The notes beneath the pieces are model-generated. The model was not told the origin of the DNA and did not search any database. It was given only the letters and a program-made list of their open reading frames with translations. Positions 14,835 through 25,314 of a stretch of 64,000 nucleotides of DNA are shown here, piece by piece; the stretch's first letter is position 1; the number at the start of each line of letters is the position of its first letter. The DNA is taken from NCBI GenBank assembly GCA_050953405.1, contig JBMNMP010000003.1, forward strand, positions 183,159 through 247,158, in the 5' to 3' direction. This stretch comes from Anaerovoracaceae bacterium. Lineage in GTDB: Bacteria > Bacillota > Clostridia > Peptostreptococcales > Anaerovoracaceae. A program made the position numbers and the translations under genes.

Positions 14835-16280
14835 ATGTCATATCCCGAACTGGTGAGGGAGAAGATAGATGAAAATTTTGAAGAACAGCTGCGTACGCTG
14901 AAGGAACTGATAGCCATTGAGAGCGTGGTCTCCGAAGAAGAGACCGCGGGAGACGTGGTGATGCCTTTTGGCAGCGGGGTGCAGCGTGCATTCAAATATA
15001 TGCTGAGGAAAGGCGGGGAATTCGGACTGGACACCTTCAACGCTGACAACTTCGGAGGTCACCTTCAGTGGGACGGCGAGGATGAGGGCGCGGAGACCAT
15101 GGGTATTGTCTGTCATATAGATACGGTGCCCCTGGGATCCGGATGGAAGCATAGCCCGCTGGACTGCGAACAGGCGGACGGCCGGATCTACGGCAGGGGG
15201 ACCAACGATGACAAGGGACCCTGCATCGCATCGCTGTTTGCCATCAAGGCGCTGAAGGACTGCGGCATCAAACCGCACAAGAATATTCGCCTGATATTGG
15301 GGCTCGATGAAGAGACCGACTGGGTGGGCATGGAGAAATATCTGCAGGAGACTGAAGCTCCTGACTTTGGATTCACGCCCGATGCGGATTTTCCGGCCAT
15401 AAATGCGGAGATGGGGATACTGGTCTTCGATATTGCCAAAAAGTTTTCCCGTTCTACGGGAGGCGGGCTCAGCCTCAGCAGTATCAAAGGCGGAACAGCG
15501 GCCAACATGGTCGCCGACAGCGCCAGAGCGGTGGTCAATTCCAGGGATCCCGATGCTTATGCGGCTGTCATCGATGAAGTCGAGGCCTGGAGACAGGCCG
15601 GCAATGCCGACATACACGCGAAAAAAACGGGCAGGAGCCTGGAGATAAGGGTCAACGGAGTGTCTGCTCACGGAGCGCATCCGGGTCTGGGAAAGAACGC
15701 CATCAGCGGATTGATGGCTTTCCTGGGGAACCTGACGTTTGACAATGATGATGTCAGCGAATTCATCGAGTTCTACAACTGGCATATAGGCGAGGAACTG
15801 AACGGGGAATCGCTGGGATGCCTGCTCGAGGATGAAGCCTCCGGCCAGACGATATTGAATGTGGGAATGATCGATGTGGACCGCAAATCAGCGCGCGTCA
15901 CCTGCAACGTCAGGTACCCGATCAGCAAGACAGATGAAGATGTATATGCGGGCATGGAAGAGGTCTGCAACGAATACGACCTCGGAATCGTCAAGGGAAA
16001 ATGCGAAGAGCCCATATTCATTTCAGCGGAGAAACCGCTGGTGAAGACACTGATGGATGTTTATCGCGAGCACACGGGCGACAAAGACAGCAAACCGCTG
16101 GTGATCGGAGGGGGCACTTATGCCAGGGCCTTCGACAACGTGGTCGCCTTCGGGGCCAGGTTCCCCGGAGATGAAGATGTGGCTCACCAGAAGGACGAGT
16201 ACATCCAGGTAGAACAATTCAAGATGATAACTCAAATATATGCGGACGCCATCTACAGGCTGACATGTGAAGAAATGTGA
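14835..16280 (+). CDS. pepV: M20-family dipeptidase (PepV-like)
   Basis: RBS AAAGGAGG before the ATG at 14835. Motifs CHIDTVP, GRGTNDDKGP, LGLDEE. Confidence 0.85.
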   Translation: MSYPELVREKIDENFEEQLRTLKELIAIESVVSEEETAGDVVMPFGSGVQRAFKYMLRKGGEFGLDTFNADNFGGHLQWDGEDEGAETMGIVCHIDTVPLGSGWKHSPLDCEQADGRIYGRGTNDDKGPCIASLFAIKALKDCGIKPHKNIRLILGLDEETDWVGMEKYLQETEAPDFGFTPDADFPAINAEMGILVFDIAKKFSRSTGGGLSLSSIKGGTAANMVADSARAVVNSRDPDAYAAVIDEVEAWRQAGNADIHAKKTGRSLEIRVNGVSAHGAHPGLGKNAISGLMAFLGNLTFDNDDVSEFIEFYNWHIGEELNGESLGCLLEDEASGQTILNVGMIDVDRKSARVTCNVRYPISKTDEDVYAGMEEVCNEYDLGIVKGKCEEPIFISAEKPLVKTLMDVYREHTGDKDSKPLVIGGGTYARAFDNVVAFGARFPGDEDVAHQKDEYIQVEQFKMITQIYADAIYRLTCEEM

Positions 16281-16296
16281 TTAAAGGGAGTAAACA

Positions 16297-16971
16297 ATGA
16301 AATACAGGATCGAAGGCGGTCAGTTGCCGGTTGCCATCTGCAGCCTGGATGCTGAGGAATCAGTGATCACTCAAAAAGGCGCGATGGCCTGGATGTCTCC
16401 GAACATGGAGATGAAGACACAGGGAACCGGCGGCTTTGGCAAGTCGTTGGGCAGGATGTTCTCGGGAGACAGCATCTTCCAGAACAAATACACGCCCAGG
16501 GGAGGCCCGGGAGAAATTGCTTTCTCCTCCAGCTTTCCGGGATCGATCGTAGCCATCGATGTGGGAGAGCAGAGTATCATAGCACAGAAATCGGCTTTTC
16601 TGGCCAGCGACCCCACGGTGGAGCTGTCTCTGTTTTTCAGGAAAAAGCTGGGTGCGGGGCTCCTGGGCGGCGAGGGCTTTGTGATGCAAAAGCTGGAAGG
16701 AAGCGGCATCGCACTGCTTGAGATCGACGGAGCTGTGATCGAGTGCGACCTCGCAGAGGGAGAGCAGATTGTGATCGATACAGGGAATCTGGCTTATATG
16801 AGCGCTTCCTGCAAAATGGACATACAGTCTGTACAGGGCATGAAGAATGTTCTCTTTGGCGGTGAAGGATTATTCAATACAGTGGTTACAGGGCCGGGAA
16901 AAGTCGCACTGCAGACTATACCGGCAAAGAATGTGGCGGAGGCTATCATACCGTACATACCGGCGAAATAG
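16297..16971 (+). CDS. TIGR00266/AIM24-family protein
   Basis: 224 aa. MKYRIEGGQLPVA...GEGFVMQKLEGSGIALLE...GEGLFNTVVTGPGKVALQT is typical of the family. Confidence 0.7.
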   Translation: MKYRIEGGQLPVAICSLDAEESVITQKGAMAWMSPNMEMKTQGTGGFGKSLGRMFSGDSIFQNKYTPRGGPGEIAFSSSFPGSIVAIDVGEQSIIAQKSAFLASDPTVELSLFFRKKLGAGLLGGEGFVMQKLEGSGIALLEIDGAVIECDLAEGEQIVIDTGNLAYMSASCKMDIQSVQGMKNVLFGGEGLFNTVVTGPGKVALQTIPAKNVAEAIIPYIPAK

Positions 16972-16978
16972 AAAGTTA

Positions 16979-17500
16979 ATGGAATACGAAATCAATTACA
17001 GAAATGACGAGCGCATACTGGCGGAGTTCTACCGCCATACGGTGTGCGGCCCGTACAGAAAAATAGGAATAGTAATAATTCTGATAGGCGTTCTGCAGAT
17101 GGGTATCCTCATCTGCGGATACACCGGGATCGTCGATCTGCAGTTTTCATCGAAATCTCAGATGCTGCTGATCGCGATGGGCGTGGCCGAATTTGTCATC
17201 GGCATAGCGCTGAGCTGCTATCACATACTGATCGGCAGGGCTGCCATGAAGCAGGGCCTGAAGTCGCACGGCGGGGAGATGCCGGAGACGCATATAACTA
17301 TGGGCGATGATATACATGTTGTCGAGGGAGAAGCCGATTCGACTTACGATTACCGGCAGATCACCAGCATGAAGGAGACGCCGCGCATGTTCTGCATCAT
17401 GTTCGGGAAATACTCGGGCATCGCGCTGCCGCGCAGCGGATTCGTCAAGGGAGATGCGGACACTTTTGCCGGCTGGATCGCAAAACAGCGGACTGCATAG
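16979..17500 (+). CDS. YcxB-like membrane protein
   Basis: Start taken at MEYEINY, just after the previous stop. Two central TM helices plus a C-terminal YcxB-like region. Confidence 0.5.
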   Translation: MEYEINYRNDERILAEFYRHTVCGPYRKIGIVIILIGVLQMGILICGYTGIVDLQFSSKSQMLLIAMGVAEFVIGIALSCYHILIGRAAMKQGLKSHGGEMPETHITMGDDIHVVEGEADSTYDYRQITSMKETPRMFCIMFGKYSGIALPRSGFVKGDADTFAGWIAKQRTA

Positions 17501-17621
17501 CATTATTGAGCTTGAGAATGACTGCTAAAACGTGTATAATTTTAGCATTGTGTCGGTATGCGCCCTGAAGGTGCCCGGCCGGCGCTCAAAGACAAGCAAT
17601 TATGAAAGGAACCGATTTCAG

Positions 17622-19013
17622 ATGAGAGACATTGAGATAAAGGAACTCTACAGGAACAGCGACAAATATGCTGACAAGGAGATCACCATCAGGGGATGGG
17701 TGAGGACGAACAGAGGATCTAACAAGTTCGGCTTCATCGAGATCAACGATGGATCTTTCTTCAAATCACTGCAGGTCGTTTACGAGGCAGATACCCTGGA
17801 CAATTACAGGGAAATATCCAAGGTGCCCATTGCGGCGGCCCTGAAAGTGACCGGCAGGCTGGTGCTCACGCCTGAGGCCAGGCAGCCGTTTGAAATAAAG
17901 GCCAGTGAGATAGTGATCGAGGCGGATTCAGATCCTGACTATCCGCTGCAGAAGAAGAGACACAGCATGGAATATCTGCGCGAGATCGCGCACCTGAGGC
18001 CGAGGAGCAATACCTTCGCGGCTGTGTTCCGTGTCAGATCGCTGGTAGCTTATGCGATACACAGATTCTTCCAGGAACACAACTTTGTCTATGTGCACAC
18101 CCCGATCATCACGGAATCGGATGCCGAGGGCGCAGGCGAGATGTTCCAGGTGACTACGCTGGATCTCGACAATCTGCCGCTCAAAGACGGCAAGGTGGAT
18201 TACAGCCAGGACTTTTTCGGCAAGCCGACGAGCCTGACGGTCAGCGGCCAGCTGGAAGCCGAGATATTCGCGCTGGCTTTCCGCAATGTATATACGTTCG
18301 GCCCTACGTTCAGGGCGGAGAATTCCAACACTCAGAGGCACGCTTCGGAGTTCTGGATGATAGAGCCGGAGATGGCTTTCACCGACCTCGAAGGCAACAT
18401 GGAAGTGGCCGAGGCGATGATCAAATACATCATCAACTACGTTCTCGAAAACGCACCCGAGGAAATGGAGTTCTTCAACCGCTTCATCGACAAGGGCGTG
18501 CTCGAGAGGCTGCAGAACATTGTGAACTCCGACTTTGGACGGGTGACCTACACCGAAGCCGTGGACATACTAAAAAAATCCGGGGAAAAGTTTCAATATC
18601 CTGTCGAGTGGGGTATAGATCTGCAGACGGAACACGAGAGATACCTCACGGAGAAGGTCTACAAAAAGCCGGTATTCGTGACCGATTACCCGAAGGATAT
18701 CAAGGCCTTCTACATGCGCATGAACGATGACGGGAAGACCGTCGCTGCCTGCGACCTGCTGGTGCCCGGCGTCGGCGAGATCATCGGCGGCAGCCAGAGG
18801 GAAGAGCGTCTCGATGTCCTCGAAAACAGGATGGACGAACTGGGTCTCAACAAGAAAGATTACTGGTGGTACCTGGAGCTGAGAAAATACGGCGGCGTCA
18901 AGCATGCCGGCTATGGACTGGGCTTTGAGCGCATCATCATGTACATCACGGGAATGAGCAACATCAGAGACGTACTGCCGTTCCCAAGGACGCCGAAGAC
19001 AGCGGAATTCTAA
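17622..19013 (+). CDS. asnS: Asparagine--tRNA ligase
   Basis: 463 aa from [12 protein letters not shown]-fold N-terminus [22 protein letters not shown]. Class II motifs [21 protein letters not shown] and [12 protein letters not shown]. Confidence 0.9.
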   Translation: MRDIEIKELYRNSDKYADKEITIRGWVRTNRGSNKFGFIEINDGSFFKSLQVVYEADTLDNYREISKVPIAAALKVTGRLVLTPEARQPFEIKASEIVIEADSDPDYPLQKKRHSMEYLREIAHLRPRSNTFAAVFRVRSLVAYAIHRFFQEHNFVYVHTPIITESDAEGAGEMFQVTTLDLDNLPLKDGKVDYSQDFFGKPTSLTVSGQLEAEIFALAFRNVYTFGPTFRAENSNTQRHASEFWMIEPEMAFTDLEGNMEVAEAMIKYIINYVLENAPEEMEFFNRFIDKGVLERLQNIVNSDFGRVTYTEAVDILKKSGEKFQYPVEWGIDLQTEHERYLTEKVYKKPVFVTDYPKDIKAFYMRMNDDGKTVAACDLLVPGVGEIIGGSQREERLDVLENRMDELGLNKKDYWWYLELRKYGGVKHAGYGLGFERIIMYITGMSNIRDVLPFPRTPKTAEF

Positions 19014-19042
19014 GGCGGCGTCCCCGAAAGGACTGGTGCATA

Positions 19043-21130
19043 TTGGCGAATCAGACGTCGAAGAACGTGATCCCGCAGTTCGAGCGGGAAAAGCTGTATA
19101 GAAAAGCCAGGGGTTTCTTCTCGATCATGAACAGGCTTGATCGGGAGGGACCCCGTTTTGAAATGCTGCAAAAGCGCGGCGAAGAGGTGCTGCAGAGGAT
19201 CGGGGACCGGGTGAGCCCCCGCGCCGTCTATAGTTATTACGATGATGTCCGGCTGCAGGGCCGGGAACTGATCATCGGCGGCCGGCGCCTCAGTTGCAAT
19301 GTCTTCGAGCAGCTGCGGCAGGATCAGATCAGGGGCGCTTTCGTCTTTTTCATCAACGCCGGCGAGTACTACGATCCCGCTGACAATGCCGCCGATCAGG
19401 TCTTTGCCGACCAGTGGGGCACAGCTTTCACAGATGCGGCGCGCGACTGCCTGCGCGACCACCTCTCCGGCATGGCGAGGTTGAGCGATGAATTCGGTCC
19501 CGGCTTTTACGGAATGAAGATCTCCGCCCTGCGCGATCTGGCAGAGCTGGCCGACCCATCGCGGATAGGTATCGGGTTCAGCAACAGCGGCATGCTGGTG
19601 CCCGTCAAGGCCAGTGCCGGCATCTATCTGTCTGTGAGTGATGATTATCGTCATCTGGACAGGGCCTGTCTTGACTGCAGGGGTACGGCGCTGAGCTGCA
19701 GTTACTGTAATGTCATGGCGAGGAAGCAGGTCTTCAGGTGCCCCGGTGTATGTTCACGCTGCGGCAGGTGCAGCGATGCCGGAATGATGAAGGATGCCGG
19801 CGAGAGAAAGAGCAGCATGCTGAAGTTCCCAGCGGACTTCGCGCCCGACAGGATGCCGCTGGGCTATGCGGCCGCTTTCGACATCGGTACGACGACCATA
19901 GTGGGCATGATCTGGGATGCGAACCACGGGCGGCTGATGGGCTCCAGGGCGGCGGCCAATCCTCAGGGAGAGTTCGGAAAGGATGTCATTTCGCGCATCA
20001 CGTACTGCGGCGGCGATGCCGGAAAGCTGGCGCAGCTGTCACAGAGCGTGCGTGAGTGCATGAATGGGCTCCTGGAGGATATCTGCCGGGAGACGGGTGC
20101 CGACAGAGGGCTGATCGTGAAGATCGCTGTCTGCGGAAACACGACCATGTCGCATTTGTTTGCAGGATATGATCCCTCATCGCTGGCGGTCGCCCCCTTC
20201 AAACCGGCTTATGAAGGGATGCTGAGCGGGGATGCGGCGGATTTCGGCATCGTGGCTGCCGGGGGCTGCCGGCTGATCCTGCTGCCGAACATTGCAGGAC
20301 ATGTGGGCGGCGACATCACTGCCGGCATTCTGGCGACGCGGCTCTGGAAGCGGCCGGGCAATACACTGCTGATAGATATCGGCACCAACGGTGAGATAGC
20401 CCTCAGGAGCGGCGATGATCTGCTGGTGTGTTCCACGGCTGCCGGGCCGGCATTCGAGGGAGCGGCCATCAGGGACGGTATGCGCGCCGCTGCCGGTGCC
20501 CTGGAAAAGGTGAAGATCACCGGCGATGAGGTCTATTTCAAGGTGATCGGAGAGGTGCCGCCGGTCGGTATCTGCGGTTCGGGTCTCATCGATGCTGTGG
20601 CTGCCATGCTGGATGCCGGATTGCTGGATGCCGGAGGCCGCATGGCCTCCGCGGGCGAATATTCGGAACAGCACCCGGGTTCACTGCTCTGTGAACGCCT
20701 GCGAGAGGGCGAGCAGGGACGGGAGTTCGTACTCGTCAGCAGGGAGAAGGCCCCCGATGTGGTCCTCACGCAGCAAGACATTCGCCAGGTCCAGCTGGCC
20801 AAGGGAGCGGTGGCCGCAGGTGTGAAGATAATGCTGCAAAAGCTGGGACTCTCTGCCGCCGATCTGGACATGGTTCTCATCGCAGGAGCCTTCGGCAACT
20901 ATATCGACCGCGCCTCTGCGGTGCGCATCGGATTGCTGCCTCAGATCAGCCTCGACAAGATCAGGACCGCCGGGAACACCGCGGGCACGGGCGCGCTGAT
21001 GGCTGCCGCCTGCAGGGCGGATGAAGAGGCTGCTGCCGGGATACCGGAGAGAGCGGGACATGTAGAGCTGGCGCAGGAAGCGGATTTCAATGCAGCTTAC
21101 CTGGAGGAGATGAATTTTCACAATGGATGA
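19043..21130 (+). CDS. RACo-like corrinoid reductive-activation protein (MetH-activation-like N-domain, Cys cluster, ASKHA ATPase/DUF4445)
   Basis: 695-aa ORF. The TTG start is uncertain. Cys cluster CPGVCSRCGRC. ASKHA region DIGTTTIVG...DIGTNGEIAL...TAAGPAFEG...ICGSGLIDA. Confidence 0.7.
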   Translation: MANQTSKNVIPQFEREKLYRKARGFFSIMNRLDREGPRFEMLQKRGEEVLQRIGDRVSPRAVYSYYDDVRLQGRELIIGGRRLSCNVFEQLRQDQIRGAFVFFINAGEYYDPADNAADQVFADQWGTAFTDAARDCLRDHLSGMARLSDEFGPGFYGMKISALRDLAELADPSRIGIGFSNSGMLVPVKASAGIYLSVSDDYRHLDRACLDCRGTALSCSYCNVMARKQVFRCPGVCSRCGRCSDAGMMKDAGERKSSMLKFPADFAPDRMPLGYAAAFDIGTTTIVGMIWDANHGRLMGSRAAANPQGEFGKDVISRITYCGGDAGKLAQLSQSVRECMNGLLEDICRETGADRGLIVKIAVCGNTTMSHLFAGYDPSSLAVAPFKPAYEGMLSGDAADFGIVAAGGCRLILLPNIAGHVGGDITAGILATRLWKRPGNTLLIDIGTNGEIALRSGDDLLVCSTAAGPAFEGAAIRDGMRAAAGALEKVKITGDEVYFKVIGEVPPVGICGSGLIDAVAAMLDAGLLDAGGRMASAGEYSEQHPGSLLCERLREGEQGREFVLVSREKAPDVVLTQQDIRQVQLAKGAVAAGVKIMLQKLGLSAADLDMVLIAGAFGNYIDRASAVRIGLLPQISLDKIRTAGNTAGTGALMAAACRADEEAAAGIPERAGHVELAQEADFNAAYLEEMNFHNG

Positions 21131-21134
21131 CCGG

Positions 21135-21163
21135 TTGTCATATCACAATTAAAGTGATAATAT
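21135..21163 (+). promoter_or_regulatory. Promoter of the riboswitch-controlled ECF operon
   Basis: TTGTCA (21135-21140), a 17-nt spacer, then TAATAT (21158-21163). Confidence 0.55.
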
Positions 21164-21184
21164 GATACCTGAAATCAAAAATCG

Positions 21185-21412
21185 TTCAGATGAAACCGCC
21201 GGTGTGCGACCTAGAAGCGCAATGCGATAATAGGGAACCGGGTGAAAGTCCCGGGCAGACCTTGCTGCCGTTACAGCCGGAAAACCTGCCGGGGGTTCAT
21301 CCCGCGGGCAACAGGCTGCAGCGCACGGGGTGAATATTGATAGATGACGGGATGTGCAGAGGCGCATCCCATGCTTCGGCAGAATGCAGCCGGAGCTTTT
21401 ATTATTTTTTGA
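21185..21412 (+). ncRNA. Cobalamin (B12) riboswitch with terminator expression platform
   Basis: Core AATAGGGAACCGGGTGAAAGTCCCGG, and B12-box-like AGCCGGAAAACCTGCC. Terminator stem GCTTCGGC (21373-21380) pairs with GCCGGAGC (21389-21396), followed by TTTTATTATTTTTT. Confidence 0.75.
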
Positions 21413-21426
21413 GGAAGTGCTTGATC

Positions 21427-22134
21427 ATGAAAAAGATATTAGTATTGATGCTTACACTGGCGCTGGTCATCGGAGGGCTGGCGGGCTGTGGCAGCGGCGA
21501 TCCTGCCGGGGGCACCGGCAACAACGCCATCAGGAATCAGCAGGAAAAGACGCCCCGGCAGGTGGCCAAAGAAAAGAAAAAAATCGCCGGCGAGCGAAAA
21601 AAGCTCAGCAGCCAGGCTTCCGGGTCCAAAACGAAGGAATCCGTATCCGGCGGCAGCGCTGACGGTTCTTCTAATGAGGCCTCTTCCTCTGAGGGCACTA
21701 AAAAGAAGGGAGACTCGCAGACAGGCAAAAAGAGCGGCACTCAGCCCGGCAGCAGCGAGAAAAAACGCGGGGTCACTATTTCTATCTCCGCCGAACGGAT
21801 ACTGTACAGCAAGCGTGCCAGCGACGATGTGAAGTCACTGGTGCCCGGCGGCGGGTACCTGATGAGCGAACGCTCTGTCGGCATCAAGAACGGGGACACG
21901 GTCAAGAGTGTCCTGCTGCGGACTGCAAAGTCGGCAGGCATCGTCCTCTCCTGGGAAGGCGGCGATTATCTGGTCGGCATCGGCGGTATTTTTGAGTTCG
22001 ACGGAGGGCCGGGCAGCGGCTGGATGTACAGCGTCAACGGCAAATTCCCCAACGCTGCCTGCAGTCAGTACAAGGTGAAAAAGGGAGACGTGATCGCCTG
22101 GAAATACACCAATAATAGGGGCAGCGACCTATGA
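21427..22134 (+). CDS. Lipoprotein with C-terminal DUF4430 (transcobalamin-like, putative corrinoid-binding) domain
   Basis: Start at MKKILVLMLTLALVIGGLAGC (lipobox LAGC). Ser/Lys-rich linker. DUF4430-like C-terminus GPGSGWMYSVNGKFPNAACSQYKVKKGDVIAWKYT. Confidence 0.75.
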   Translation: MKKILVLMLTLALVIGGLAGCGSGDPAGGTGNNAIRNQQEKTPRQVAKEKKKIAGERKKLSSQASGSKTKESVSGGSADGSSNEASSSEGTKKKGDSQTGKKSGTQPGSSEKKRGVTISISAERILYSKRASDDVKSLVPGGGYLMSERSVGIKNGDTVKSVLLRTAKSAGIVLSWEGGDYLVGIGGIFEFDGGPGSGWMYSVNGKFPNAACSQYKVKKGDVIAWKYTNNRGSDL

Positions 22135-22979
22135 GGAGGGACGTCCTGGACGGATACCATCCCCTGGTGGTTTTCATATATTTTGCGATGGTCATCATCG
22201 CCAGCGTGGTCCTCTTCCATCCGCTCGCGAGCGCTGTCTCCCTGGCGGCGGCGCTTCTTTACGGTATATGGCTGAAGGGAATGAAGGCCGTGAAATATTT
22301 CATCCTGCCCCTCGCGGTCGCAGCTGTCACCCTGCTGGTGAACACACTATTCGTCCATCAGGGGATCACTGTCATCGCTTATATGGGTGAGAATCCCATA
22401 ACCCGGGAAGCTGTCATCTACGGCCTCTGCGCCGGACTGATGACCGGCTCCATGCTGATGTGGTTCTACTGCGCCGGATGTATCATGACGAGCGATAAGT
22501 TCATATATATCTTTGGCAGGATAATGCCTGCGGCATCACTGATGTTTTCAATGACTATGAGGTTCGTGCCGCGCTTTGCGGGGCAGGCCGGGAAGATCAG
22601 TGCTGCGCGCAGAGCCATGGGCTGCAGTGATGGCAGGAAAACGGCTTCTGGGCTGAAGACGGTTTCCGTGATGGCGACCTGGGCGCTGGAAAATTCCATC
22701 GACACGGCGGACTCCATGAAAGCCCGCGGCTACGGGCGCCGGGGACGCAGCCGCTATGCCATCTTCAGATGGGAACCCCGCGATATTTTGCTGCTGGTGA
22801 TCTGCACCTGCCTCACCGTCTGCGCTCTGGCCTCGAATATCAGGATCGTTTGTTATCCGATGGTGCGCCTCAGCGGTAGCGCGGCCGGTCTGCCGGCATT
22901 TGCGGTGCTCTGCCTGATACCGCTGGCAATGAATGTATGGGAGGGAATGCGATGGAAGTATTTACAGTCAAAGATCTGA
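22131..22979 (+). CDS. ecfT: ECF transporter T component (CbiQ/EcfT family)
   Basis: Multi-TM protein with the conserved SIDTADSMKARGYG motif. Its start overlaps the upstream stop. Confidence 0.85.
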   Translation: MRRDVLDGYHPLVVFIYFAMVIIASVVLFHPLASAVSLAAALLYGIWLKGMKAVKYFILPLAVAAVTLLVNTLFVHQGITVIAYMGENPITREAVIYGLCAGLMTGSMLMWFYCAGCIMTSDKFIYIFGRIMPAASLMFSMTMRFVPRFAGQAGKISAARRAMGCSDGRKTASGLKTVSVMATWALENSIDTADSMKARGYGRRGRSRYAIFRWEPRDILLLVICTCLTVCALASNIRIVCYPMVRLSGSAAGLPAFAVLCLIPLAMNVWEGMRWKYLQSKI

Positions 22980-24565
22980 CTTTCACATATCCCGGCAGGA
23001 ACAAGCCGGCGCTGAAAGAGGTGTCCTTTTCCGTGCAGCGCGGTGAGATGGTGACCCTCTGCGGCAGGAGCGGCAGCGGCAAGACGACCCTGATGAAGCT
23101 CCTGAAACCGGAGCTGGCGCCTCACGGACTGCTTGAAGGAGGCATCCATATGAGCGTGGACGGCCCCGGCGGGGTCGGCTTTGTGCTGCAGGACCCGGAC
23201 AACCAGATAGTGACAGACAAAGTCTGGCACGAGCTCGCCTTCGGCCCCGAAAATCTGGGATGGGAAACCCGCACCATCAGGATCAGGGTGGCCGAGATGG
23301 CCAGTTACTTCGGGATACAGAACTGGTTTCGCAAAGATGTAAGCCAGCTTTCGGGCGGCCAGAAGCAGCTGCTGAACCTGGCGGCGGTGATGGTGATGAA
23401 GCCGGAGGTGCTGCTGCTGGACGAACCAACTGCGCAGCTGGACCCCATAGCGGCCGGGGAATTCATAGATACGGTGAGAAAGCTGAATCGGGAGACCGGG
23501 ATCACTGTGGTCTTGACGGAGCACCGTCTGGACAGCGTACTGCCGGTATCCGACCGCATGATCGTGCTCGAAGACGGGCGTCTGATAGTAGATGATGAAC
23601 CGCGTCGCGGCGTCAAAAAGCTGGCCGCTCTCGGGAGCGAAATGTTCAAGTCGATGCCGGCGCCGGTGCAGGCGTGGACCCGCATCGCAGAGGGAGAATG
23701 TCCGCTCGATGTCAGGGAGGGCCGCATGTGGCTGGAAGAGATACTCGGCGGACGGCGCATCGTGAAGAAAAGGATCCACGGGGAAGCCGCGGCAGCGGAC
23801 GGCGGGGAGGCGGCTCTGCGTCTGAAAAACGTCTGGTTCCGCTACAGCCGCAGCGGAGAGGATGTACTGCGCGGCCTTGACTGCGAGGTCAGCAGCGGCA
23901 GTTGCTTTGCCATCATGGGAGGGAACGGCAGCGGCAAGACTACAGCGCTGAAGATAATGTCGGGAGCCGTAAAGCCGTACCGCGGCAAAGTTGACAGGGG
24001 CTCACTGCGGGTATTGATGCTGCCGCAGGACCCGCAGCTGGTATTCGCCTCGGACACGGTCAGGGAGGAACTGGCTGAGATGAGCGACAGCGAGGATGAG
24101 ATAGCTGAGATCGCCGGCTTCATGGAGATCGACAGCCTGCTGGATGCGCATCCCTATGACATCTCCGGTGGTGAACAGCAGCGGACGGCTCTGGCAAAAC
24201 TGCTGCTGGCCGCTCCGGATGTCATCCTGCTGGACGAGCCCACCAAGGGCATGGACAGCGCCTTCAAGGAAAAGCTGGGAGGACTGTTCCGGGTACTGAA
24301 GCAGGAGGGCAGGACCATCATCATGGTGAGTCACGATATCGAATTCTGCGGCAGGTATGCCGATCGCTGCGCCATGTTCTTCGACGGCAGCATCACGACC
24401 AGCGATGCGCCGGGAAGATTCTTCGCGGGCAACAGCTTTTATACCACAGAGGCCAACAGGATGTCGGCGGGCTTTTTTGAAGATGCGGTTACCCCGGAGG
24501 ATCTGGCGGCCCTGGTGGAGCAGAACCTCACGGCCGCAGACGGAGAAGGGAGCGCCGGATCATGA
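22952..24565 (+). CDS. ecfA: Fused double ECF/ABC ATPase (EcfA1-EcfA2 type)
   Basis: Two Walker A motifs (GRSGSGKTT, GGNGSGKTT) and two signature motifs (LSGGQKQ, ISGGEQQ). The alternative start at 22937 is also in frame. Confidence 0.85.
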   Translation: MEVFTVKDLTFTYPGRNKPALKEVSFSVQRGEMVTLCGRSGSGKTTLMKLLKPELAPHGLLEGGIHMSVDGPGGVGFVLQDPDNQIVTDKVWHELAFGPENLGWETRTIRIRVAEMASYFGIQNWFRKDVSQLSGGQKQLLNLAAVMVMKPEVLLLDEPTAQLDPIAAGEFIDTVRKLNRETGITVVLTEHRLDSVLPVSDRMIVLEDGRLIVDDEPRRGVKKLAALGSEMFKSMPAPVQAWTRIAEGECPLDVREGRMWLEEILGGRRIVKKRIHGEAAAADGGEAALRLKNVWFRYSRSGEDVLRGLDCEVSSGSCFAIMGGNGSGKTTALKIMSGAVKPYRGKVDRGSLRVLMLPQDPQLVFASDTVREELAEMSDSEDEIAEIAGFMEIDSLLDAHPYDISGGEQQRTALAKLLLAAPDVILLDEPTKGMDSAFKEKLGGLFRVLKQEGRTIIMVSHDIEFCGRYADRCAMFFDGSITTSDAPGRFFAGNSFYTTEANRMSAGFFEDAVTPEDLAALVEQNLTAADGEGSAGS

Positions 24566-25206
24566 GCAGCAGGATACTGATCTTGATCGCCGCTCTGCTG
24601 GTGATCGTTCCTTTCTACATATTCTTCGAGAGGAAAAAGCCCTCGGCGCGGACCATAGTGTTGATAACGGTGCTCGCCGGACTGGCAGTCGCCGGGAGAG
24701 CCGCCTTCTTCATGACGCCTTTCTTCAAGCCGGTGCTCGCCTTCGTGATCATAGCCGGAGTCAGCCTGGGGCCCAACGCGGGCTTTATAGTCGGCTCCAT
24801 GTCTGCCCTGGTGTCCAACTTCATCTTCGGTCAGGGACCGTGGACCATATTCCAGATGGTGGCCTGGGGAGTGGTCGGCCTGGCAGCCGGACTGCTGTCA
24901 GGCAGTCTGCTGGCAAAGGGGCGCACGGTGCCCATGATGATATACGGATTCCTCTCAGCGTTCCTGATACACGGGCTGATAACCGATATCTGGACAATAT
25001 TTTTTGCCAGCGAGCAGCCGACGCTGTACAGCGCTCTGGCCATATATGCAGCCTCGATCGTCCCCGATGCGGTCCTGGGGGCGGCGACGGCGCTGTTCCT
25101 CCTGGTTCTGGGGCACCCCATGGTGAAAAAAATAGAGAGAGTAAAGTTGAAATACGGCCTTTCACAGGACGGTGAAGGCGCTGTGGAAAGCAGTGATAAG
25201 CTATAA
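24562..25206 (+). CDS. ECF transporter S (substrate-capture) component; corrinoid specificity inferred from the riboswitch
   Basis: 214-aa protein with about six TM helices, start overlapping the ATPase stop. Last gene of the B12-riboswitch operon. Confidence 0.7.
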   Translation: MSSRILILIAALLVIVPFYIFFERKKPSARTIVLITVLAGLAVAGRAAFFMTPFFKPVLAFVIIAGVSLGPNAGFIVGSMSALVSNFIFGQGPWTIFQMVAWGVVGLAAGLLSGSLLAKGRTVPMMIYGFLSAFLIHGLITDIWTIFFASEQPTLYSALAIYAASIVPDAVLGAATALFLLVLGHPMVKKIERVKLKYGLSQDGEGAVESSDKL

Positions 25207-25260
25207 AAAAACCGGAGATATTCCTGACGCCGCTGCCGTTGGGAACCGGATAAAGCTCAC

Positions 25261-25299
25261 AAAAAAACAGGAGACCCGGCGTCTCCTGTTCCGTCTTTT
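25261..25299. terminator. Bidirectional terminator
   Basis: A7 run, then ACAGGAGAC, loop CCGGC, GTCTCCTGT. It lies between convergent genes. Confidence 0.7.
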
Positions 25300-25314
25300 A
25301 TGATAATGAGCTTA

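Noticed and set aside
19010-19654. A 214-aa minus-strand ORF overlapping the start of the RACo-like gene
   Set aside because: It has no motifs and antisense-type composition. The + strand frame carries conserved MetH-activation-like and ASKHA motifs.
24357-25175. A 272-aa + strand ORF overlapping the end of the ATPase and the S component
   Set aside because: Its translation is rich in Arg, Gly and Pro and is low in complexity. The frame 24562..25206 gives a coherent six-TM ECF S component with start/stop coupling to the ATPase.
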